Shown in pieces: positions 40,301 to 50,030 of a DNA stretch of 64,000 nt. The DNA comes from Anaeramoeba ignava BMAN (taxonomy: Eukaryota; Protista; Anaeramoebae). The notes under the pieces were generated by a model. The model worked only from the letters and a program-made list of their open reading frames with translations. It made no database searches and had not been told where the DNA came from. The position numbers were made by a program, and so were the translations under genes. The stretch's first letter is position 1, and every line of letters begins with the position of its first letter. The DNA is taken from positions 124,001-188,000 of the forward strand of contig JAPDFW010000079.1 of NCBI GenBank assembly GCA_028826165.1, given 5' to 3'.

Positions 40301-41225
40301 AATAAAATTATAAATAAAATTATAAATAAAATTATAAATAAAATTATAAATTAAATTATAAATTAAATTATAAATAAAATTATAAATAAAATTATAAATT
40401 AAATTATAAATTAAATTATAAATAAAATTATAAATAAAATTATAAATTAAATTATAAATAAAAATTATAAATAAAATTATAAATAAAATTATAAATAAAA
40501 ATTATAAATTAAAATTATAAATTAAATTATAAATAAAAATTATAAATAAATTATAAATTAAATTATAAAATAAAATTATAAATAAAATTATAAATAAAAT
40601 TATAAATTAAATTATAAATTAAATTATAAATAAAATTATAAATAAAATTATAAAAAAATTATAAATAAAATTATAAATAAAATTATAAATAAAATTATAA
40701 ATAAAATTATAAATAAAATTATAAATAAAATTATAAATAAAATTTAAATTATAAATAAAATTATAAATAAAATTATAAATAAAATTATAAATAAAATTAT
40801 AAATTAAATTATAAATAAAATTATAAATAAAATTATAAATTAAATTATAAATTAAATTATAAATAAAATTATAAATAAAAATATAAATAAAATTATAAAT
40901 TAAATTATAAATTAAATTATAAATTAAATAATAAATTAAATTATAAATTAAATTATAAATTAAATTATAAATAAAATTATAAATAAAATTATAAATAAAA
41001 TTATAAATTAAAATTATAAATAAAATTATAAATAAAATTATAAATTAAATTATAAATTAATTTATTAATAAGTTTTGTTGTGTTTTATATGTTATGTTTT
41101 GATTAATTCAATTTATTTACTTTTTGGTTTTTTTTATAACTTAAAAAACCATCTTTTAAAATAAAATAAAACTTTTTCCATTTATTATTTCCATCTAATT
41201 TTAAAAGAATTCCTTCTTTACTCAT
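31365..41225 (-). CDS. Tandem PH-PH, N/Q/E-rich linker and C-terminal RUN-domain protein; multi-exon, frameshifts in the repeat tract
   Basis: Exon 1 (41225-~41121) [30 protein letters not shown] joins at 35782 to ..[19 protein letters not shown] second PH reads [34 protein letters not shown]-like C-terminus [37 protein letters not shown]|FHFQL; stop at 31365. Confidence 0.72.
32200..34975 (-). repeat. Coding hexamer tracts (AATCAA/AATGAA/ATTGAA) encoding NQ/NE/IE
   Basis: Directly visible; apparent indels near 33430, 34350 and 34790. Confidence 0.9.
35790..41060. repeat. ~5.3-kb 12-bp minisatellite (TAAAATTATAAA)n inside intron 1 of the PH-PH-RUN gene
   Basis: Continuous 12-mer repeat flanked by a GT donor (~41120) and an AG acceptor (35783-35784) that split a PH domain. 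Confidence 0.9.
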
Positions 41226-41332
41226 TATTTAAAAAAAAGAAAAAAAAATGAAAAATAAAAAAAAGCAAAAAAAATTTTTTTCATTTTTTTTTTAATAATC
41301 AAAAAAAGAAAAAGAAAAGAAAAAGAGAAACA

Positions 41333-42061
41333 ATGTCATTAACAATAAAAGAAAAAGAAATTAAAGTAACAAGTGAACCAGGAATTGATTTAGAAGTAGC
41401 ATTAAAATCCGATTTAATACTTAACTGGGCAAAAGAAATAGGGAAAACCGAATTAGTAGTGCACGGAGTACATATACAAAGTGTAGACATGTTTGGAAAG
41501 CGAGTTGGATTTATGAAATTCAAAGCTGACATCAAAAACAAAGAAGGCAAATTTGTGCCGGGAATTGTATTTGCTAGAGGGGGGGCAGTAAGTATACTTG
41601 TTATCCTAAAGTCAGGTAACGAACGTTATTCATTGTTCACTGTTCAGCCAAGAGTACCAATCGGATCAGATGGCTTTATGGAAATCCCTGCGGGAATGCT
41701 TGATGGTTCTGGTAAGTTCTCTGGTGTTGCTGCTAAGGAAATGGAAGAAGAAACTGGCATTGTTATTCAGGAAAAGAATCTTATTGACTTAACTGAAAAG
41801 GCTTATGGCAATAAATACAAAGGAATGTTCCCAAGTGTTGGTGGTTGTGATGAATTTCTTAGGCTTTTTGCTTATGAAGTTGAAATGCCAAAGGAAAAAA
41901 TTTTGGAATTGAATAATAAATGTACTGGTTTGATTGATGAAGGTGAAACTATTACTTTGAAAATTGTCCCTTTTGATGAGATGTGGAAACTTACTTCTGA
42001 TTCAAAAACTTTATGCTCTTTATTTTTATATGAGAAACTGAAATTGGAAGGAAAAATTTAA
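41333..42061 (+). CDS. Nudix hydrolase, ADP-sugar/ADP-ribose pyrophosphatase of the plant NUDX14-like type; intronless
   Basis: QSVDMFGKRVGFMKFKAD, PGIVFARGGAV, Nudix box EIPAGMLDGSGKFSGVAAKEMEEETG, PSVGGCDE and GETITLK. Confidence 0.9.
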   Translation: MSLTIKEKEIKVTSEPGIDLEVALKSDLILNWAKEIGKTELVVHGVHIQSVDMFGKRVGFMKFKADIKNKEGKFVPGIVFARGGAVSILVILKSGNERYSLFTVQPRVPIGSDGFMEIPAGMLDGSGKFSGVAAKEMEEETGIVIQEKNLIDLTEKAYGNKYKGMFPSVGGCDEFLRLFAYEVEMPKEKILELNNKCTGLIDEGETITLKIVPFDEMWKLTSDSKTLCSLFLYEKLKLEGKI

Positions 42062-42069
42062 ATTCAATT

Positions 42070-42410
42070 TAATTAAGAATTTAATAAGAAATTAATTTAA
42101 TAATTTAATAACAAATTAATTAAGAAATTTAATTTAATAATTTAATAATTTAATAATTTAATAACAAATTTAATAATAAATTTAATAATAATTTTAATAA
42201 TAATTTTAATAATAATTTTAATAATAAATTTAATAACAAATTTAATAATAATTTTAATAATAATTTTAATAACAAATTTAATAACAAATTTAATAATAAA
42301 TTTAATAATAAATTTAATAATAAATTTAATAATAAATTTAATAACAAATTTAATAACAAATTTAATAACAAATTTAATAATAAATTTAATTAATAATTTA
42401 ATAATAATTT
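42070..42410. repeat. 12-bp repeat (AATTTAATAATA/ACA)n
   Basis: Directly visible intergenic repeat. Confidence 0.85.
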
Positions 42411-42539
42411 AAAAGGAAATTTAATTAAAAAAGAAATTCAAAAAAAAAATTTTTTTTTCTTTCACTTTCATTTTTCATTTTTTTTTTCTACTTTCTTTCC
42501 CTTTTTTATTTTGAAAATTTTTTTTAAAAAGAAAAACTA

Positions 42540-45500
42540 ATGGAAGAATTACAAAAACAAATTCAACAACTTCAAAAAAGAATGGATGAAAAAGACCAAG
42601 AAATTCAAAAACTTATAAAAAGAATGGATAAAAGAGATAAAGAAATGAAACATCAAAAATTAAGACTAGATGAAAAAGATGAACAAATTAAACAACTTCA
42701 ACAAAATTTATCAAATATTTCCCAAAGCAATTATTCTCCAAAAAAAGGAACAGAAAAAGAAAAAAAAACAGAAAATTTTTTGGAATCATTTTTAAATCAA
42801 AAAGAAAACGAAAATCAAAGTATTTCAATTTTTATAATTAATAAAAATTCTTTCTTTCTTTCTTTCTTTCTTTTATTTTCTTTTATTCTTTTTCTAAAAA
42901 TAATTTAGAATCAATTTCAATTCAACAAATTATCGATTCAATCAATCAATTTCCAAAAAATGAAAAAATCCAACAAAATGGTTGTTTTGCTTTACAAAAA
43001 ATTTCAACAGGAAATAAAGGTAAATTATTCTTTTTCCTTTTTCCTTTTTCCTTTTTTTTTTTGATTCAAATTTTTGATCAAATTTTTTTAAATAATAAAA
43101 AATAGAAACACAAAAACAAAAAGGAATAGAAATTGCAAAATTACAAGGAATTCTCATTATTCTTAAAGCAATCAATAACTTTCCAAATAATCAAGTTATT
43201 CAAGAAAAATCAATTTCAGTTTTAGCTAATATTGCTCTTGATTCAGGTAATTTTATTAAAATTAAAATTAAAATTCAAATTCAAATTCAAATTAAAATTT
43301 TAAATTAAAAAAATAATAGAAAGCAATGTTGAAATTAAAGAAATGAAAGGAATTGAACCAATTATTAATGCAATGATTAATTTCCCAAATAATTTAAATA
43401 TTCAATATCAAGGAATTCGTTTTTTAAATAGTTTCTCATTTAATAAAGGTAAATTAAAAAATTGATTTAAAAAATTGATTTAAAAAATTGATTTAAAAAA
43501 TTGATTTAAAAAATTACAAATAGAAAATCAAATTGAAATTAGAAAATTAAAAGGAATAAAACCAATTATTAATGCAATGATTAATTTTCCAAAAGATGAA
43601 AATATTCTATTCGAAAGTTGTGGAGCTTTATCTAATATTGCACTTGATAAAAGTAAAATTAAAATTAAAATGTAAAATGTAAAATGTAAAATTATTTAAT
43701 TTCTTTTTATTTAGAAAATCAAATCAAAATTAGAGAATTAAATGGAATTGAACCAATTATTCAAACAGTGATTAATTTCTCCAATAATGAAAATATTCAA
43801 AATAATGGATGTGAAGCTTTATCTAATCTTTCTCTTGATAATGGTAATTTAAGTTTAAAATTAAAATGTAAAATGTAAAATTATTAAAAAAATTTCTTTA
43901 GAAAATCAAATCAAAATTAGAGAATTAAATGGAATTGAACCAATTATTAAAACAATGATTAATTTCTCAAATAATGAAAATATTCAGTATAAAGGATGTG
44001 AAGCTTTATCTAATCTTTCTTTTGATAATGGTAATTTAAAATTAAAATTAAAAATAAATATAAATTCCAAATTATTTAATTTCTTTTTTATTTAGAAAAT
44101 CAAATCAAAATTAGAGAATTAAATGGAATTGAATCAATTATTAAAGCAATGATTAATTTTCCAAATAATGAAAATATTCAGTATAAAGGATGTAAAGCTT
44201 TATCTAATCTTTCTCTTGATAATGGTAAACTCAAAATTAAGATTAAAATTAAATTATTAAAAAAATTTCTTTAGAAAATCAAACCAAAATTAGAGAATTA
44301 AATGGAATTGAACCAATTATTAAAACAATGATTAATTTCTTCAAATAATGAAAATATTCAGTATAAAGGATGTGAAGCTTTATCTAATCTTTCTCTCAAT
44401 AATGGTAATTTAAGATTAAAATTAAAAATAAAAATAAATTCCAAATTATTTAATTTCTTTTTATTTAGAAAATCAAATCAAAATTAGAGAATTAAATGGA
44501 ATTGAACCAATTATTAAAGCAATGATTAATTTTCCAAATAATAAAGAAATTCAAAACAAAGGATGTGAAAGTTTATCTCATATTTCTATTGATAATGGTA
44601 ATTTAAGATTAAAAATAAAAATAAATAAAATTATTTAATTTATTTTTATTTTTAGAAAATAAAATCAAAATTAGGGAATTAAATGGAATTCAACCAATTA
44701 TTCAAGCAATGATGACTTTTATTTGGAATGAAGCTATTCTTTATATGGGATGCGTAGCTTTATCTAATCTTTCTTTTGATAATGGTAAAATTATTATGAA
44801 ATAAATTTGGAATTGATTAATTTTTTTTATTTTAATTTCAATTTGAATTAGACAACAAAATCAAAATTGGGGAATTAAATGGAATTCAAGCAATCCAAGA
44901 AGCATTGAGATCTGTGTTTTCCACTCCACAATTACGAAGTGAAGGGTGTTTAGCTTTATTTAATCTTTCTTTTGTGAAGGGTAAATTAAAATTAATTAAA
45001 ATTTTGATTTGGATTAAAAAAATTTAAATTTGTTTTTCAAATTATAGAAAATCAAACGAAAATTCTGGAATTAAAAGCAGTTCAAGATATCATCCAATCC
45101 ATGAATCGTTTCGCAAATAATCCAGAAGTGCAAAAATGGGCGTGTGGAACTTTATTTAATATTTCTATTGATAAAAGTAATATCAAAAAAATTCCAAAAA
45201 AAAAAAAAATTCCAAAAAAAATTAATTGATTAAATTGAATCCAAAGAAAATCAAGAAAAATTGGCAGATTTGTCCGTTATCGATCCAATTATTCAAGCAA
45301 TAAACAATTTCCCAGATATAGAAGAAATCCAAAATGATGGACTTGGAGTTTTGTTTGATTTATCTTCTAATAATGGTAAATTAATTAATGAAATCAAAAA
45401 ATGAACAAATCAAAAAATAATTTCGATTGCTTTTTTTTTCTTTTGAACCAGATTTAGACAATGCATATTTAATCAATATCGTGAATGGAGTTGATCAAAT

Positions 45501-48500
45501 TAGCAAAACAATGACGAATTTCCCAAACAATGAACAAATTCAATATAAAGGATGTGGAATTTTATCTCATATTTCAATTGATAAAGGTAAAATAAGCATA
45601 TCAATAAATGAAAAATGAATTGGGAAAAAATAATCATTATCGAAAACCCTTTTTATTTAGAAAACAAAACCAAAATCGGAGATTTAAATGGAATTGAACC
45701 GATTATAAAAGCAATAATCAATTTCCCAAACAATGAAATTATTCAAAATAGTGGGTGTTTAGCTTTAGCAAATCTTTCTTTTGATCAAGGTAAACAAACT
45801 TATAAATCAATTGCAAAAATTATTGATTGATTTTTTATTTTTTCTGGAAATAGCAAACCAATTTACAATTAGAGAATTAAATGGAATTGAAGCAATTGTT
45901 CATTCAATGACTAGTTTTCCCGATCATGAAATTATTCAGGAAAATGGATGTGAAAGCTTATACAATCTTGCTATTGATGAATGTAAAATATTTTTTCAAA
46001 TAGAACAATCAAAAAAAATAAAACAAAAAATTGATTAAAAATCAAAATTAAAATCAATATTATTTAGACAACAAGATCAAAATTAGAGAATTAAATGGAA
46101 TTCAACCAATTATTCAAGCAATGACCAACTACCCCAACAATGAAGATATTCAATATAATGGATGTGGAGCTTTATATAACCTTTCTTTTGAAAAAGGTAA
46201 AATTATCATCAAATGAAGTGAAATGAACAAAATGATTAAATCAAAAATTAAAATTATTTTTTTTTTGGATTTGATTTTATTTGAATTAGAAAACCAAATT
46301 GAAGTTCGAAAATTAAATGGAATTGAAGTAATTATTAGGGCAATGATTACTTTCCCAAACAATGCAGAAATTCAAAACAAAGGATGTGAAAGTTTGTCTC
46401 ATATTGCTCTTGATACTGGTAAGTAAATAAAATGAAAATTAAAAAAAATTTTTGATTAATTTACATTAAATAAAAAAAAAACAAAATTTAGAGAATCAAA
46501 TGAGAATTAGGGAAATGAATGGAATTGAAGCAATTATTCAAGCAATGATTAATTTCCAATATAACGAAACTATTCAATATAGTGGATGTGTAGCTTTATC
46601 CAATATTTCTTTTGATAATGGTAAAATTATCTCCAAATGAAGTGAAATGAACAAAATGATTAAATCAAAAATTATCTCCTTCTTCTCTTCTTTTCTTTTT
46701 AATTAGAAAGCAAAATCAAAATTGGAGAAATTCATGGGATTCGTGCAATTCTTCAAGCAATGAAAAATTTCCTTTATAATGAAGAAATCCAAAAAATGGG
46801 ATTTATAATTTTATTTAGTATTTCTTTTTATCTAGGTAAAATTTAAAAATAAAATTCATTTTATTTTTTTTTCAGATTGATTTAATTTCTTTAAAATTAT
46901 AGAAAACCAAATCAGAATAAAAGATCAAAATGGAATCCAAGAAATTATTACAGTAATGGAAAATTTCCCAAATAATGCAGAAATCCAAAAATGGGGATGT
47001 GGAACTTTGTTTAATATTTCTATTGATAGAAGTAAATTCAAAATTCCAAAAAAAAAATATTTATTCATATTTATTTATTTTATTAAATTCAAAGAAAATC
47101 AAGGAAAAATCACAAATTTACCTGCAATTGATTTAATTATTAAAGCAATGAAAAATTTTCCCGATAATCCAGAAATTCAAAATGATGCATTTGAAATTTT
47201 ATTTCTTCTTTCTGAAGATAATGGTAAATTTTATTTCAAAATTAAACCAAATTAAATTTAAATCAAATTTAATTAAATAGACAAGCAAATTGAAATCAGA
47301 AAATTAAATGGAATCCCTCCAATTATACAAGGAATGATGAATTTCTCAACTAATGAAGTTATCCAATTTAAAGGATGTGAAGTTTTATCAAATCTTTCTC
47401 TTGATAAAGGTAAAAAAAATAAAATATGAATAAATCTAAAAATATAATAAAATAAACAATAAAAATAGAAAGCAAAACTGAAATTGGAGAATTAAATGGA
47501 ATTGAAAAAATTATCAAAGCAATGATGAATTTTCCATATAATGAACAAATTCAAATTAAAGGATCTGGAGCTTTATGCAATCTTTCTTTTGATAAGGGTA
47601 AACCATTATCAAATAATTTAAAAACCAAAGAAATAAAGTGAAATTTCTGAAAATTATTTTTATTATTTTTATTTAGAAAGTCAAATTAGAATTCGAGAAG
47701 CATATGGAATTGAAAAAATTATTAAAGCAATGCTAAATTTCCCAAATAGTGAAAAAATCCAAAACAATGGATTTCGAACTTTAGCCAATATTTCTTATGA
47801 AAAAGGTAAAAAAAAAAAACAACAAAAAAATTTGAATTAAATTTTAAATTTAAATTTTAAATTTAAATTTAGAAAATCAAATCAAAATTGAAGAAATGAA
47901 TGGAATCGAAATTATTATTCAAGCAATGCATGATTTTCCGAATAATCAAAATATTCAATATAAAGGATGTGAGCTTATATCCAATCTTACTGATGATGAT
48001 AAAAGTAAAAAATATTGCTTAAAAATAATATTCAATGCTCATTTAATTTTTTTCTGATATTATTTAATCAGGTAATCAAATCAAAGTTTGCGAAATGAAT
48101 GGAATTGGGTTAATTATCAAATCAATGAATTTCTTTCCTCATAGTCAAAATATCCAAATTAGAGGTTCCAAAATTTTATCCAATTTAGTTGAGAATGATG
48201 GTATTTATTTATTTATTTATTTATTTAGATCATTTTCGATTTATTTATTCATAAAAAAAAAAAAAAGAAACCAAAAAACAAATTATAGAATTGAATGGAT
48301 TACAGGCAATATTAAAAGCAATGAATAGCTTTAAAAATCAACAAGATATTCAAAAATTTGGGTGTTGGATTTTATACAATATTTCTTTGAATAAAGGTAT
48401 AAAAAAATTAATTTAAATTTAATTCATTTTAATTTAATGTAAAAAATCTTTTCAAATAAATTTAGAGTATAAAGTGGAAATCAAAAAATTATATGGAGCA

Positions 48501-48584
48501 ACATTAATTAAACAAGCCATGAGAAATTTTACAAGAAACCAAGATATACAAGATTGGGGAAAGAAAACATTAAAAAATCTTTAA
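42540..48584 (+). CDS. Coiled-coil plus ~28 armadillo-repeat protein; 30 exons, one 43-aa repeat per exon
   Basis: Exons mapped by hand (e.g. 43320-43448, 43524-43652, 43715-43843 ... 48268-48396), all with phase-1 GT-AG introns. Consensus ENQIKIRELNGIEPIIKAMINFPNNENIQYKGCEALSNLSFDN (ARM: GI..I..AM..F....IQ..GC.AL.NL). TAA at 48582-48584. Confidence 0.9.
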
Positions 48585-48712
48585 AAAATTTAAGAAATCT
48601 TTTCAAAACTTAAAAAATCCAAATTAAGAAAAAAAGTTCTTAATCAAATCAATAAAAAAAAAATAATCAAATTTTTTTTCATTTTTCTTTCAAAAATCAA
48701 AAACCTTTTAAA

Positions 48713-49840
48713 ATGAAAAAGCATTTAAAAAAAATTATAATTGATATTGATGCAAGAAGAACAAAAGCAGGATTTGGCGGAGAAGAGAAACCAAAAACGA
48801 TTTTTCCAACGATAATTGGGAGATCCAAAATAACAGATAATATGGATATTGATGAAAAAGTAGATGTTTACATAGGAAATGAAGCACAAACAAAAAAGGA
48901 ACTATTAACAATCACATCACCCATCAAATCAAGATCAGAAATAAATTGGGATGATATTGAAAAAATACTGCATCATGTCTTTTTTAATGAATTGAAAGTT
49001 GATCCTGAAGAATATCCTGTTTTTCTTGTAGAAAACCCTTTAAATCCCAAAATGGTAAGGGAGAAAAACTGTGAAGTTATGTTTGAGTCATTTCGTGTTC
49101 CAGGTTATTTGAGTGAGAGTCGAACAGTTTTATCACTTTTTCAATCAAAAAAAACTACTGGAATAGCTGTTGAAATTGGAGAGCTTAATTGCTTTTTTGA
49201 TTCAATTTATCAAGGATATAGTTTGCCTTATTCAAGTCTTTGGTTTGATTTTGGAGGGAATCATTTAAGTGATTATTTACTGAAAATGCTGAAAGATCAA
49301 GGATATTCTTTTCTTTCTTCTGATGAAAAAGAAATTTCACAAGATATAAAAGAAAATTTATGTTATGTGGCTTATGATTTTGATGAAGAAATGGAATTCT
49401 CAAACCAAAAAACTTTGTCTGAAAGCAATTATGAATTACCTGATGGAAAAGTGATTGAAATTGGAAATGAAAAATTTAGATGTGCAGAGTCATTATTCAA
49501 ACCTTCTTTGATTGGAAGAGAAGAAATTGGAATCCATGAAATGATTAATAAAGTCATCAATCGAGCTTTTCAGGAGCAAAGAGACGATTTGTTTGCAAAT
49601 ATTGTTGTTTCAGGAGAATCTTCAATGTTTCCAGGAATTGGAGAGAGAATTCAAAAAGAAATTTCTAAATTAGCTCCCAATAAGGTAATTAATGTTATTG
49701 CTTCTCCTCAAAGACAGTATTCTGGTTGGCTGGGTGGTTCAATTTTATCTACACTCCCAAATTCCGAAAATAGTTGGATTTTGAAAGATGAATACGAAGA
49801 AAATGGACCTTCATTTATCCACAGAAAAAGGATAAATTGA
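48713..49840 (+). CDS. Divergent actin / actin-related protein (375 aa, intronless)
   Basis: KAGFGGEEKPKTIFPTIIGR, NWDDIEKILHHVFFNELKVDPEEYPV, IKENLCYVA, YELPDG, ESLFKPSLIG, SMFPGIGERIQKEI and WLGGSILSTL. Confidence 0.93.
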   Translation: MKKHLKKIIIDIDARRTKAGFGGEEKPKTIFPTIIGRSKITDNMDIDEKVDVYIGNEAQTKKELLTITSPIKSRSEINWDDIEKILHHVFFNELKVDPEEYPVFLVENPLNPKMVREKNCEVMFESFRVPGYLSESRTVLSLFQSKKTTGIAVEIGELNCFFDSIYQGYSLPYSSLWFDFGGNHLSDYLLKMLKDQGYSFLSSDEKEISQDIKENLCYVAYDFDEEMEFSNQKTLSESNYELPDGKVIEIGNEKFRCAESLFKPSLIGREEIGIHEMINKVINRAFQEQRDDLFANIVVSGESSMFPGIGERIQKEISKLAPNKVINVIASPQRQYSGWLGGSILSTLPNSENSWILKDEYEENGPSFIHRKRIN

Positions 49841-49970
49841 GATTGATTTGATTATCAATTTCACAATCAAAATTTTAATTCAAACTCAAAACAAAAACAA
49901 AAACAAAAACAAAACAAAAACAAAAATAAAAACAATTTAAATTTGATTTGGGATTATTTTTATTTTTTTG

Positions 49971-50012
<42 letters not shown>

Positions 50013-50030
50013 ATTGAAGAAAAAATCCAA

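Noticed and set aside
35790-41060. Telomere or centromere satellite interpretation of the 5.3-kb repeat
   Set aside because: No G-rich strand, and it lies between splice sites that join two halves of a PH domain.
43300-48400. ~190-bp periodic conserved/variable pattern resembling a CRISPR array
   Set aside because: The conserved parts are 129-nt coding exons bounded by AG/GT and the variable parts are introns; no cas genes, and the context is eukaryotic.
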